From NCBI GenBank assembly GCA_944325525.1, contig CALVAK010000009.1, positions 23,574-87,573 on the forward strand: a DNA stretch of 64,000 bases, read 5' to 3'. How positions within the stretch are numbered: position 1 is the first letter of the stretch; the number at the start of each line of letters is the position of its first letter. Source of the stretch: Candidatus Gastranaerophilales bacterium. Lineage in GTDB: Bacteria > Cyanobacteriota > Vampirovibrionia > Gastranaerophilales > Gastranaerophilaceae. Of the stretch, positions 45,261 to 55,873 are shown piece by piece. The notes below the pieces were generated by a model. That model made no database searches. It worked only from the letters and a program-made list of their open reading frames with translations, and was not told the origin of the DNA. Made by a program: the position numbers and the translations under genes.

Positions 45261-46049
45261 TTATACACCACAGGCAACGGCACCCTTAACTATTTGTACA
45301 AAGCTGTCAGCTGTTAAGCTTGCACCACCAACCAATGCTCCATCTATATCAGATTGAGCCATTTGTTCTTTTATTGTTCCGGGTTTTACGCTTCCGCCGT
45401 ACAATATTCTTATTGAATCAGCTGTAGTTGTATCATATAATTTTCTAACTACATTTCTTATCATTGCTATTACTCTATTAGCTTCAACTGAATCACAGGT
45501 TTTTCCAGTTCCAATAGCCCAGATTGGTTCATAAGCAATAATCGATTTTGAAACTTCTTCACTTGTTAAATCTCTTAAAGCTTTTGTTATCTGAGATGAT
45601 ATATGATAATCAGTAACACCTGCTTCTCTTTGTTCTAAAGATTCTCCGCAGCATATAATAGGTATTAAACCGTTTAACAATATTGCTTTGGCTTTTTTAT
45701 TAACCATTTCATCTGTTTCACCAAAATATTCTCTTCTCTCGGAGTGCCCGATAATTATATATTCGCAGCCGGTATCTTTTAGCATTTCAACTGAACATTC
45801 ACCGGTGAAAGCACCTTTTGTTTCAAAATAACAATTTTGTGCAGCTAATTTTACTTTTCCACAGCCACAATCATTAATTGCTTTATTTACTACATATAAG
45901 GATGTAAAAGTAGGAGCCACTATAACTTCCGGAAGTGTTGATTTTTCTTCGGATTTTAACTCCTGCATAATTCCATTTGTTAATTCTATTGCTTCTTTTT
46001 GCAGGTTGTGCATTTTCCAGTTTCCTGCAATTACAGGTCTTCTTGACAT
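45261..46049 (-). CDS. tpiA: triose-phosphate isomerase
   Basis: RRPVIAGNWKMH N-terminus, IIGHSERR, and AYEPIWAIGTG. Confidence 0.92.
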   Translation of the reverse strand: MSRRPVIAGNWKMHNLQKEAIELTNGIMQELKSEEKSTLPEVIVAPTFTSLYVVNKAINDCGCGKVKLAAQNCYFETKGAFTGECSVEMLKDTGCEYIIIGHSERREYFGETDEMVNKKAKAILLNGLIPIICCGESLEQREAGVTDYHISSQITKALRDLTSEEVSKSIIAYEPIWAIGTGKTCDSVEANRVIAMIRNVVRKLYDTTTADSIRILYGGSVKPGTIKEQMAQSDIDGALVGGASLTADSFVQIVKGAVACGV

Positions 46050-46169
46050 AATTCTACCTTCTTTCTTTTGTGTAAATTACATTAAGATATTAGTCAAAAC
46101 AAAGCTTTTTATCAAGTTTATGTTTTATACTCCGGTAACACTCTTTTAAAGATTTGCGGAACCAACAAA

Positions 46170-47606
46170 CTAAATATAGTAAGCTGCTATTTGCGATATT
46201 TTAATGAATATATCCGGAACAATACAAATTATAATTGTAATTAATGCTAAAGAATACAAAATTATTTTTTGCATCAAATATTTACCTTTTATATATATTC
46301 CTGTCTGTGATTTTTCAAATAATTCTTTTATTACTTTAATATACACTGCAAGACTTATTACAAGAGCAATAAGAGCGAATATAAGCAATAAGATAAAAAT
46401 CAAATCACCTCTGATTATTGCGGTAAATATATATAATTTTGCCAAAAACCCGCTTGTAGGAGGTATTCCGGCAAGTGAAAAAAGAAATATTATCAATGCA
46501 ATCGAAAAATATGGATTTTTATAAAACAATCCTTTATAATCACTTATCTCATCCGTATTATATTCATTATTATAAATTGCAGAAGCACACCAGATACCTA
46601 TATTCATAAAAATATAAGTTATTATATAAAATATCACACTTGATATTGAATATACATTAACTACACTTAATGCAAGCAATATAAATCCTGAATGAATTAT
46701 ACTGCTATATGCATACAAACGCTTAATATTTGTTTGATGAATTGCTCCGATAGAAGCATAAATTATTGAAATCACGGCAAAGAATGCAAGAATTAACTGT
46801 ATAACCGGGCTAAAATTAAATATGAACACAAAAAGCCTTGAAATAAATGCTGCAGCAGCCATTTTGGGAATCAATGAAATATACGCACAAATTGTGTAAT
46901 TAGAACCTTCATATACATCAATTATCCAATTGTTAAAAGGGATACTTCCAATTTTAAACAGCAGTCCGATTAATATAAAAAACGAAGAAACAATGAATAA
47001 CAAATTAATTGATGAATTTAAATAAATATCATTAATTACAGAAAAATTAATACTACCGCTTATTCCATAAATATATGAAACACCAAACAAGAACAAAGAT
47101 GAAGCAACAGCTCCAGTTAACAAATATTTTAATGAAGCTTCTTTACTTTTATGATTTTTTCTGAATCCGCTCAAAAAATAACAGCTTAAGCCAAGAATTT
47201 CTATTGAAACAAATGCAGATAAAAAATCATTGGAGGATATTAAAGTTAAAGCTCCCAGCACACCACTTTGCATTACGGCAAAATATTCAAACGATTTTTT
47301 TCTTTTCTCCCTTATTATCTTTACCGATGTCAAAATAACAAGCAAAAAAGATACCAAAATTAGGGCCTTGAATAATATTGTATATAAATTTGAAACAAAA
47401 GAATTATTATATGAATAATAATTAGGTTCTATTTGTAGAAATATTAATGAAATTAATGCTGATATTACTGCTAAAACATTAATTATTTTTGCTTTTATTA
47501 AAGTATTTTTTCCATCTATTACTGCTAAAAGTATATTCAGTATTATAGTAATAAAAATTATTAATTCAGGCAGAAAAGCATTTTTTATATCATTTAAAAA
47601 CTCCAT
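46170..47606 (-). CDS. nuoN: NADH-quinone oxidoreductase subunit N
   Basis: About 14 TM segments, antiporter-like. It is the last gene of the nuo operon, and its start abuts the nuoM stop. Confidence 0.8.
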   Translation of the reverse strand: MEFLNDIKNAFLPELIIFITIILNILLAVIDGKNTLIKAKIINVLAVISALISLIFLQIEPNYYSYNNSFVSNLYTILFKALILVSFLLVILTSVKIIREKRKKSFEYFAVMQSGVLGALTLISSNDFLSAFVSIEILGLSCYFLSGFRKNHKSKEASLKYLLTGAVASSLFLFGVSYIYGISGSINFSVINDIYLNSSINLLFIVSSFFILIGLLFKIGSIPFNNWIIDVYEGSNYTICAYISLIPKMAAAAFISRLFVFIFNFSPVIQLILAFFAVISIIYASIGAIHQTNIKRLYAYSSIIHSGFILLALSVVNVYSISSVIFYIITYIFMNIGIWCASAIYNNEYNTDEISDYKGLFYKNPYFSIALIIFLFSLAGIPPTSGFLAKLYIFTAIIRGDLIFILLLIFALIALVISLAVYIKVIKELFEKSQTGIYIKGKYLMQKIILYSLALITIIICIVPDIFIKISQIAAYYI

Positions 47607-49126
47607 TAAAACACTCCCTCCAAATTAAAAGTTATTATAGAATATTCAGACAGAACATCCAAAATAGTTCCCGGGAATATTCCAAAATAAATTATATACA
47701 AGGAAAGTATAATTAACATTGTTTTCTGATATATATTAATATCCTTTATTTTCTTATATTTCTCAAGAATTTTTGAAAAGAATATTCCGTGGAAGAATTT
47801 CAATATATATATGGAAGACAATATCATAGATATTAAAGCTATTATCACAATTGCTTTTACATTATAAAATTCATTCGGCTCAGCCCAAAAAGCTCCCATA
47901 AAACATAAAAATTCAGACACAAATCCGGAAGTTAGTGGAACACTGACAGCAGCCAATATTACAGGAATCGCCAAAAACATAAAAACCGGCATTTTTTCTC
48001 CTAAACCGGATAATCTTAATATATTTTTTGTACCGCATTTTATATATATTATTCCTGCAATTATGAAAAGCCCGGCACTAATCAAAGCATGAGAGACCAA
48101 TTGGAATATACCGCCTGAAAATCCTGTTGCATTATAAGAGGAAATCGCTATCAAAAATACTCCCATATGAATTATTCCGGAATATGCAATAATTCTTTTT
48201 AAATCTTTTTGCACAATCGCACAACAACTTGCATACAAAATATTTATCATTGCAATAAGCATAATTACAGGCAGAAATTTAATAAATGTATCATTAAACA
48301 TTTCCGCATTGAACTTTAATATTCCATAAGCTCCAGTTTTTAGCATAACAGAAGATAAAATTATACTTACAGGAGTCACTGCCTGCGAGTGTGCGTCAGG
48401 AAGCCAGGAATGAAAAGGCACAACAGGTATTTTTACACCAAAGCCGATAAATAAAAATAAAAAAGTAATATATTTCAGTTTTTCATTCATTGCAGATATA
48501 TCTATATTACAAAAATCCGCACATAAGTATCCTGTATTTATAAAATTGTATAAATAAACAATTAAAAAACCAAGTAAAATAAATATACTGCCAAAAAATG
48601 TATATAAGATAAATTTTGCCGCTGTTTTTTGTTTATTAGAACTACCCCATTTCAGAAGCAGTATATACAACGGAATTAATTCCATCTCCCAGAAAAACAA
48701 GAAGAAAAACATATCTGAGGCACAAAAGATACCCAAAATTGCACTCTCAAGTATTAAAATAAGAGAAAAGTATAACTGGTAGTTCTTTTTAACCGTTTCC
48801 TGGCTTAGAAATATTGAAATTAAGAAAATAAAAGCAGTCAATATAATCATTATCATAGATAAAATATCAACATTAAATCCTGCTTTAATTCCAAGAGTAT
48901 TAATCCAATCCGAATTAAATATTTTAATTACAGTTTCATATTCTGTTCCCGTATTTGTAAAATCAAAAAAAACAAATAAAACTACGGTATATATAAAATG
49001 TAATAACGAAAATATTCTAACACTTTTATGAAGCCTTTTGTCTTCATTTTTATATAACGGATTTAATATAAATAAAGCCATCACAAGAGGAGAAAATATT
49101 AATATAGGGAGAATACTGTTTTGCAT
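47606..49126 (-). CDS. nuoM: NADH-quinone oxidoreductase subunit M
   Basis: Antiporter-like subunit with WLPDAH motif context (HSWLPDAHSQAVTPVS). Confidence 0.85.
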   Translation of the reverse strand: MQNSILPILIFSPLVMALFILNPLYKNEDKRLHKSVRIFSLLHFIYTVVLFVFFDFTNTGTEYETVIKIFNSDWINTLGIKAGFNVDILSMIMIILTAFIFLISIFLSQETVKKNYQLYFSLILILESAILGIFCASDMFFFLFFWEMELIPLYILLLKWGSSNKQKTAAKFILYTFFGSIFILLGFLIVYLYNFINTGYLCADFCNIDISAMNEKLKYITFLFLFIGFGVKIPVVPFHSWLPDAHSQAVTPVSIILSSVMLKTGAYGILKFNAEMFNDTFIKFLPVIMLIAMINILYASCCAIVQKDLKRIIAYSGIIHMGVFLIAISSYNATGFSGGIFQLVSHALISAGLFIIAGIIYIKCGTKNILRLSGLGEKMPVFMFLAIPVILAAVSVPLTSGFVSEFLCFMGAFWAEPNEFYNVKAIVIIALISMILSSIYILKFFHGIFFSKILEKYKKIKDINIYQKTMLIILSLYIIYFGIFPGTILDVLSEYSIITFNLEGVF

Positions 49127-49128
49127 AT

Positions 49129-50961
49129 TTATACTCCCTCCGTTACATAATAAGTGAATATTAAAGCAAAAAGAATCAATCCTGTTGAAAAGATTGAATA
49201 CGAAATATATGTCTGAATGTTGCCATTTTGAAGTTTTGATATTATTTTAGAAACCGAACGGATTATAAAATTTATACACTTTACGATATTTTCAAAAATA
49301 ACCTGCTCAATAAGAGCAATAAAAATAAAAGCTTTAGAGAATATAGATTCAATAAAATCATACACTTTCGGCAAATATAATTCTTTATATGAAAGATTCT
49401 GGAGTATACAGGGTATATACATTTTTGAAGTTTTCGACGAAATATAAGCATGAACTACAGCTAAAAGACAAATCGTAACTGCAAGTAAACACAATAAATT
49501 TAACCGTGACAATTTGAAAATAAAACCGGGAATAATAACAAAAACGCATAAAATTATAATAGAAGCACTCATTGTTTTTTCGCTTTTTTGAATATCAATA
49601 CCAAGTATTGTTTTATCACCCTCAAAAATTCTGAAATAGGCTTTAAAAATATAATAAGTACTTATATAAGAAGTTAACAGTACAAAAAACAAGACTGCCG
49701 GATTACTTGAAACAGTATTTATCAGTATTTCTTTTGAGGTAAAACCACCAAAAAACAATCCAGACAATGATAAAGCACCAACAAGCCAGTATAAGGCATC
49801 ATAAAAACTCTGTTTTCTTAATCCTCCCATTACATCCATATCCTGTATTGAATTATATTTTTTCTCTATATTTCCGGCACATAAAAACAATAAAGCTTTT
49901 GTAAAAGAATGGATAACAAGATAAATAACTGCGGCAGATATTGCTTGAACTCCGACAGCAGCAAATATTAAACCAAGCTGCGATGATGTTGAATATGCCA
50001 GCATTTTTTTTATATTTGTCTGGGATGCTGCAATAAAAGAACATAATACAGCAGTAACAATTCCTGTAATAAGAATTAAATTAAGAAGTTCTTGTGATAA
50101 CAAAGGCAAAATTCTAATTGTAACATATATTCCCGCACAAACCATCGTAGCAGAATGAATCAACGCACTAACCGGCGAAGGTGCTTTCATTGCATCAGTA
50201 AGCCATAAATTAAACGGAAACTGAGCGGATTTTACAAAACATCCTATTAAAATTAAGAAACAAAAGACATTATAAACATTAATATATGCACTTTTTAAAA
50301 TACTATTCACTGTATTATCAGCACTTGTATACATTAATATATCTAGATTTGTCCTGTTCAAATATGTAAGAGAAAACCATATAAAAATGATTATTCCTGA
50401 AAGAAAAGCAAAATCCCCTATTCTGTTTATTATAAACACTCTTTTGGCTGCTTTTGAAACATCTTCCCTTCTATAGTAAAAGGCAATTAATAAATAACTT
50501 GCAACGCCTACTAATTCCCAGAATATATACGTTTGGAAAATATTAGTTGAAATTATAAGTCCTGACATTGCAAAATTAAAAAAATTAAGGTATACATAAT
50601 ATTTTCTAAAATCATCTTTATCTTTCATATACCCGTATGAATACAATTGGACAATAAAACTTATTAGCATTAATAAAACTATAAAAATTGCCGATGTTGA
50701 ATCTGTTAATACACCAAAATATAAATTAATCTCACCTGTCGAAAGCCATAAAAAGTTTTTTTCTAATACTAAATTATTAGTTTTAACGTAATTTAATATA
50801 TTTAAAGAAAAGATTAATCCCGTAAATGTTGAAAGAAGTGTTAATAATAACGTAAGTTTTTTACTTTCGGTAATTTTAAAAATTATACCGGATATAATTA
50901 TTAAACAAACCCATACTGGTAGAAATACAATCAAAAGTATATTATCAGCATAAAACTCCAT
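49129..50961 (-). CDS. nuoL: NADH-quinone oxidoreductase subunit L
   Basis: Antiporter-like subunit, 610 aa, containing WLTDAMKAPSPVSALIHSATMV. Confidence 0.85.
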   Translation of the reverse strand: MEFYADNILLIVFLPVWVCLIIISGIIFKITESKKLTLLLTLLSTFTGLIFSLNILNYVKTNNLVLEKNFLWLSTGEINLYFGVLTDSTSAIFIVLLMLISFIVQLYSYGYMKDKDDFRKYYVYLNFFNFAMSGLIISTNIFQTYIFWELVGVASYLLIAFYYRREDVSKAAKRVFIINRIGDFAFLSGIIIFIWFSLTYLNRTNLDILMYTSADNTVNSILKSAYINVYNVFCFLILIGCFVKSAQFPFNLWLTDAMKAPSPVSALIHSATMVCAGIYVTIRILPLLSQELLNLILITGIVTAVLCSFIAASQTNIKKMLAYSTSSQLGLIFAAVGVQAISAAVIYLVIHSFTKALLFLCAGNIEKKYNSIQDMDVMGGLRKQSFYDALYWLVGALSLSGLFFGGFTSKEILINTVSSNPAVLFFVLLTSYISTYYIFKAYFRIFEGDKTILGIDIQKSEKTMSASIIILCVFVIIPGFIFKLSRLNLLCLLAVTICLLAVVHAYISSKTSKMYIPCILQNLSYKELYLPKVYDFIESIFSKAFIFIALIEQVIFENIVKCINFIIRSVSKIISKLQNGNIQTYISYSIFSTGLILFALIFTYYVTEGV

Positions 50962-51275
50962 TATTCTTTTAACTCCTCAATTTCCTCAGATACAACCTTA
51001 TCTTTATTTTTATATATAAAATATATTAAAAGTAATCCAACTGCTGTTTGCAATGCGGATATTGCAGTTACAAACAGTGCAAATATCATGCCTGACAGAA
51101 ACATGTAATTTTTATAGCTTGTAAACGCAATAAAATTAATATTAATAGCACTCATAACAATTTCAACACATATCAAAGTTTTAATTATATTTTTTGATAT
51201 AACAATACCGGTAAGCCCGACTGTAAATAAAAATAAAGCGAGTATAAGATAATGAAATAATGTAATTTCCAGCAT
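50961..51275 (-). CDS. nuoK: NADH-quinone oxidoreductase subunit K
   Basis: 104 aa with three TM segments, positioned between nuoJ and nuoL. Confidence 0.8.
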   Translation of the reverse strand: MLEITLFHYLILALFLFTVGLTGIVISKNIIKTLICVEIVMSAININFIAFTSYKNYMFLSGMIFALFVTAISALQTAVGLLLIYFIYKNKDKVVSEEIEELKE

Positions 51276-51809
51276 TTATCTACCCCCTTTAAAAACTAAA
51301 AGCACTGAAATTCCTATTAAAGCAAGCAAAATATAAACTCCAAGCAGTTCAAATTGATAAACATTATGCCTTAACAATTCAGCCGACAATTGTTTTGTTG
51401 TATCATAAGCCGTTAAAATTGCAGGCGAATTAATATATTTCCCCAGTACAAAATCATATTTTATTGTCTCTTTTATAACAAATAAAACTGAAATAAATAT
51501 CATTATAGTACCGGCAACAACTAATAAATACCTTGGCTTTATACCCGCCTGTATTTTATTCTCCTGGCTGTAATTTGTAACCGAAGCTGCTATTATAAAC
51601 AGAATACTTAGAGCAGAAGTATATATTGATATTTGAATAACCCCGTTGAATGGAGCATTCAAAGAAAAGAATATTAATCCAATTAAGAAAAAGCATATAA
51701 GGGAAAAGAAAATTGAATTAATAATTTTCTTCGATATAACAGCAAAAACAGCAGACAGAGTTATAACTGCTGATATTATATAAAACAATACTGAATTAAT
51801 CGTTTCCAT
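51276..51809 (-). CDS. nuoJ: NADH-quinone oxidoreductase subunit J
   Basis: 177 aa, multi-TM; assigned from its position in the operon. Confidence 0.75.
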   Translation of the reverse strand: METINSVLFYIISAVITLSAVFAVISKKIINSIFFSLICFFLIGLIFFSLNAPFNGVIQISIYTSALSILFIIAASVTNYSQENKIQAGIKPRYLLVVAGTIMIFISVLFVIKETIKYDFVLGKYINSPAILTAYDTTKQLSAELLRHNVYQFELLGVYILLALIGISVLLVFKGGR

Positions 51810-52170
51810 AAATTTCCTCTTTTAATATAAGATTATCTTTTTTTGATTGTGCAAGTGTATATTCAACTGTATGCGACAATGCATTAACCGGACAATATTC
51901 AACACAATTTCCGCAAAAAATACATTGCGACATATCAATTGAAAAATATTCATTAATAGAAATACAACCCGCTGCCGGACAAACTTTAATACAGTTTCCG
52001 CATTTTATACATTTATCTTTCTCATATTTAATCTTGCCCCTGAAATTATTTCTTACTTTTTCTTGTTCTTCAGGATATTTCAAAGTTACTCTGTTTTTTA
52101 AACCGTTTTTTAAAATAATTGACAATCCTTTTGCAAGTTCTTTTACAGGGTTAAAAAATTCATTAATCAT
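51796..52170 (-). CDS. nuoI: NADH-quinone oxidoreductase subunit I (2x[4Fe-4S] ferredoxin-type)
   Basis: Two CxxCxxCxxxCP motifs: CIKCGNCIKVCP and CIFCGNCVEYCP. Confidence 0.88.
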   Translation of the reverse strand: MINEFFNPVKELAKGLSIILKNGLKNRVTLKYPEEQEKVRNNFRGKIKYEKDKCIKCGNCIKVCPAAGCISINEYFSIDMSQCIFCGNCVEYCPVNALSHTVEYTLAQSKKDNLILKEEIYGND

Positions 52171-53258
52171 AATATCCCCCTCATATATTTAATTATAATT
52201 GCAATGAATAAATTAAAAATCGATAGAGGAATAAAAATATACCAGCATAAATCAAGAGTTTTATCCGTTCTCAATCTGGGATAAGCAGCTCTTATAAGCA
52301 TTATCAACATAATAATGATACCGGTTTTAAAAATAAGCCAGAAAAATTGTTCAAAATTTATAAATATCTCACGCAAAATAACAGATAAATTAAAACAATC
52401 CGTGATGTAGAAATCAAACGGAGCATTATATCCGCCTAAGAATAAGACAACAACTAATGCAGATAAAATAAAAGTCATAGCATATTCTGCAAGAAAAAAC
52501 ATAGCAAATTTCATACCGGAATATTCACAATTATACCCGGCAACAAGTTCACTTTCAGCTTCGGGGAAATCAAAAGGAAGTCTGTTCATTATTATCAAAG
52601 AGCAGATGAAGAAAATTGTAAACCCGAGAAAAGAAGGAAATATATACCAATTTAAAATGCTACCCGATTGATTTTTTACAATTACAGATAAATCCATAGA
52701 CCCTGACAATATAACAATTGAAGCTAAAACAAGAAAAGAAGGAATTTCAGAAGCAATCAGCTGCATACAAGATCTTATTCCACCAATTAGTGCAAAATTA
52801 TTTCCCCCGCTACTATATCCTGCGAACAAAATGCCTATTGCCGGAATTGCTAAAAAAGCCATAAAAAGCAAAATTGAACAGCAGGAATGAAAAGTATAAA
52901 ATCCTGATGAAAAAGGGAGTAAAGCCCAAACCGTTAATACGGGGACAAATACAATTAATGGCGATAAAAAGAATAAAAATTTATCAGCATTTTTGGGAAT
53001 AATATTTTCTTTAAATAAAAGCTTAATTGCATCGGCAACAGTCTGAAAACATCCCTTATATCCGGCTCTGTCAGGGCCTATTCTTCTTGTATAAAAAGCA
53101 AGATATTTTCTTTCAAATAACACAAGGAATAAAACTGTTAAAAGCATTAAAATCACAATTAAAATAAAATTAAATATATACCACATAATGAATATAAGCC
53201 ATTCAGGCATCTTCCAAAAAGAAAGGCATTCAATATATAACAAATAAAACAAACTCAT
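52167..53258 (-). CDS. nuoH: NADH-quinone oxidoreductase subunit H
   Basis: Multi-TM protein with RIGPDRAGYKG and PFDFPEAESELVAGYN signature sequences. Confidence 0.88.
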   Translation of the reverse strand: MSLFYLLYIECLSFWKMPEWLIFIMWYIFNFILIVILMLLTVLFLVLFERKYLAFYTRRIGPDRAGYKGCFQTVADAIKLLFKENIIPKNADKFLFFLSPLIVFVPVLTVWALLPFSSGFYTFHSCCSILLFMAFLAIPAIGILFAGYSSGGNNFALIGGIRSCMQLIASEIPSFLVLASIVILSGSMDLSVIVKNQSGSILNWYIFPSFLGFTIFFICSLIIMNRLPFDFPEAESELVAGYNCEYSGMKFAMFFLAEYAMTFILSALVVVLFLGGYNAPFDFYITDCFNLSVILREIFINFEQFFWLIFKTGIIIMLIMLIRAAYPRLRTDKTLDLCWYIFIPLSIFNLFIAIIIKYMRGIL

Positions 53259-54376
53259 TACCTGTCAACCTCCGGCATAATTACATCAAGGCTTCCAAAA
53301 ATTGACATTAAGTCTGAAACAAGATAATTTTTAGCTATTTCATTTATGAGCTGAACTGAATAAAAAGAAGGAGTTCTCCATTTAACTCTAGAAGGTTTAT
53401 TAGTACCATCCGCACAAATATAGCACAACATAAGTCCTCTGGGCGATTCAACCTGTCCTATAGCTTCACCTTCGGGTTTAATTTTGGCAGTATTAATTTT
53501 TAAATTAATTTTTAAATCTTCAATGTTTGAATATAACCAATCAAGACACTGATTTACTATCTTGCAGCTTTCTTTCATCTCTTTTACACGAACAATATAT
53601 CTTGAATATGAATCACCGCTTTTTTTATACGGAATATCAAACTCTATTTGTTTATATATAAGATAAGGAAAATCTTTTCTTAAATCTTTTAAGATTCCGG
53701 AAGCTCTTAAATTTGCACCGGTAACGGAATAATTAACTGCCGTTTCTTGTTCTAAAACACCTATCATGGCCGTTCTTGAAATGAAAATAGGATTATTATT
53801 AATTAAATCTTCAAATTCTTTTAGCTGCTTATTAAAATTACCAGCGAATACTTTTATTTCACCTAAAAGTTCTTTATTAATATCGTTTTTAACCCCGCCT
53901 AAAGTATAATAGTTATACATCATACGTGCTCCCGCCAGTTTTTCAAAGATATGAAGTATTTTTTCTCTTTCTATAAATGCATAAAAGAATGGTGAAGTCG
54001 CACCTAAATCCATCAGATAACATCCAAGCCATAACAAATGAGAACTTATACGATTCAATTCCATCGTTATGGTTCTTATATATAAAGCTTTTAACGGACA
54101 AACTATATCCATCAATTTTTCTATAGCATCCAGATATGCGAAAGAGCAGAAAAATCCCGATAAATAATCTATTCTGTCAACCACGGGGAGATATTGTAAA
54201 TAGCTCCCTGTTTCAGCCATTTTTTCCATTCCTCTGTGAAGATAGCCTATAATTGGTTCAATTTTAATAATTCTTTCGCCGTTCAATTCGCATTTAAGTC
54301 TTAAAACACCATGAGTCGACGGATGTTGAGGCCCGACATTTAAAATTGTTGTATTTTTTAAGGTTGAATTATTCAT
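53258..54376 (-). CDS. nuoD: NADH-quinone oxidoreductase subunit D
   Basis: GPQHPSTHGVLRL N-terminal signature and the C-terminal SLDVIMPEVDR. Confidence 0.9.
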   Translation of the reverse strand: MNNSTLKNTTILNVGPQHPSTHGVLRLKCELNGERIIKIEPIIGYLHRGMEKMAETGSYLQYLPVVDRIDYLSGFFCSFAYLDAIEKLMDIVCPLKALYIRTITMELNRISSHLLWLGCYLMDLGATSPFFYAFIEREKILHIFEKLAGARMMYNYYTLGGVKNDINKELLGEIKVFAGNFNKQLKEFEDLINNNPIFISRTAMIGVLEQETAVNYSVTGANLRASGILKDLRKDFPYLIYKQIEFDIPYKKSGDSYSRYIVRVKEMKESCKIVNQCLDWLYSNIEDLKINLKINTAKIKPEGEAIGQVESPRGLMLCYICADGTNKPSRVKWRTPSFYSVQLINEIAKNYLVSDLMSIFGSLDVIMPEVDR

Positions 54377-54821
54377 AGTTCCACCTTAACCTGTCATCTT
54401 GCATTTTGTAATTTTTTCGCAGCGGGTTACCTTCAAAATCAGAAGGAAGTAGTATTCTTTCAAGTTTCGGATGGTTTATAAACCTGACCCCTAACAAATC
54501 ATATATTTCACGTTCATCAAAGTTTGCACACGGAAATATTTCAACAACTGAAGGGACGGAAAAATCGTCTTGAATGTTAATACTAACAGCACACTTTGTA
54601 TTATATTTAGATGAAAACAATGCATATATCAGTTCAAGGGCATTATTTGTATTATCTTTTCCAATTATGCACTCAAGTGTTTCAAAAAGGTACCTGTCAG
54701 TTTCTTTTAAAAACCTTAATACCTGCTTAAGGTCATCTTTATTAATATAAAACTTATTTATATCAGGAAGTATAAATTCTTCTTTTTGAATATTAAATTT
54801 TGTTTTAAACTCTTGAAACAT
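54369..54821 (-). CDS. nuoC: NADH-quinone oxidoreductase subunit C
   Basis: ANFDEREIYDLLGVRFINHP signature. Size 150 aa. Confidence 0.85.
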   Translation of the reverse strand: MFQEFKTKFNIQKEEFILPDINKFYINKDDLKQVLRFLKETDRYLFETLECIIGKDNTNNALELIYALFSSKYNTKCAVSINIQDDFSVPSVVEIFPCANFDEREIYDLLGVRFINHPKLERILLPSDFEGNPLRKNYKMQDDRLRWNYE

Positions 54822-54823
54822 AA

Positions 54824-55381
54824 CTATATCCCCATAGTAAAAACATGCATATTCTCTTTTAGTGTAAGAATTTCTGAATTTTCTTTTTTATAAAGTTTTG
54901 AAATATGAGAATTTATTTTGTCTTTTCTTGTTAATAGAGATTCTTTTTGTATTTCTTGTTTAAGTTTCAATATAGCATCAAATAAAGATTCAGGTTTGGG
55001 AGGGCACATAGGAAGGTAAATATCAACGGGAATAATTTTATCACATCCGAAAACAACGGAATAAGAATTGTTTTTAAACATTCCTCCGCTGCAGGCACAA
55101 GCCCCCATAGCCAACACATATTTAGGTTCAGCCATCTGTTCATATAGTTGAAGTAAAAAAGGAGCCATTTTATGAGTTATCGTTCCCGCAACAATTAATA
55201 AATCCGCTTGTCTGGGTGAGCCTCTAAATACTTCAGATCCAAACCTTGCTATATCATAATTACTCGCAGTCGCACTCATCATTTCAATACCGCAGCATGA
55301 TGTTGCAAATGTTAAAGGCCACAAAGAGTTAGATTTTGCTTTATTATATATATAATCTATTGCGGTAAGTATTATATTCAT
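54824..55381 (-). CDS. nuoB: NADH-quinone oxidoreductase subunit B
   Basis: The [30 protein letters not shown] and GACACSGG motifs, which include the N2-cluster cysteines. Confidence 0.9.
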   Translation of the reverse strand: MNIILTAIDYIYNKAKSNSLWPLTFATSCCGIEMMSATASNYDIARFGSEVFRGSPRQADLLIVAGTITHKMAPFLLQLYEQMAEPKYVLAMGACACSGGMFKNNSYSVVFGCDKIIPVDIYLPMCPPKPESLFDAILKLKQEIQKESLLTRKDKINSHISKLYKKENSEILTLKENMHVFTMGI

Positions 55382-55734
55382 TATTTAAACCTCAATACTC
55401 TTTTTGCAATTATGTAAAAAAGTCCGAACAATAATAACATTATAAAAATCATTATTTCTACTATTGCGAATAAGCCTAAAACATCTAAACTAACAGCAAA
55501 AGGAAAAATAAAAATTATTTCTATGTCAAAAATAAGAAAACATATAGCATAAGTCAAAAACTGTAAATTAATTTTTTCTCTTTTTACCTGAGATATATCC
55601 ATCCCGCATTCATATATCTGCTGTTTTTTATGATTTTCGGTTTTTGGTGCAGCAAAAACCGAAAGTATTATCATACTTAATCCCAAAAATAGGGATAAAA
55701 TCAAAAAAATAAAAATAGCATTAAACTCTTGCAA
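55381..55734 (-). CDS. nuoA: NADH-quinone oxidoreductase subunit A
   Basis: 117 aa with three TM segments and the YECGMD motif. It is the first gene of the operon. Confidence 0.85.
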   Translation of the reverse strand: MQEFNAIFIFLILSLFLGLSMIILSVFAAPKTENHKKQQIYECGMDISQVKREKINLQFLTYAICFLIFDIEIIFIFPFAVSLDVLGLFAIVEIMIFIMLLLFGLFYIIAKRVLRFK

Positions 55735-55873
55735 AATATCCTCTTATTTAATCTAATCCGTTGTTACAAGTTATTATCGGCTGTTTTTGAATTACTTTTC
55801 GCAGCCTTGAAATATTTATAACATACTATTATTATTAATATAAATAGTTATAGTGATTATATTAAGTTAGTTT

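Noticed and set aside
46204-47418. Short + strand ORFs lie within nuoN, and similar ORFs occur within nuoL at 49853..50044.
   Set aside because: They are antisense or alternative-frame ORFs inside conserved membrane-subunit genes and have no supporting signals.
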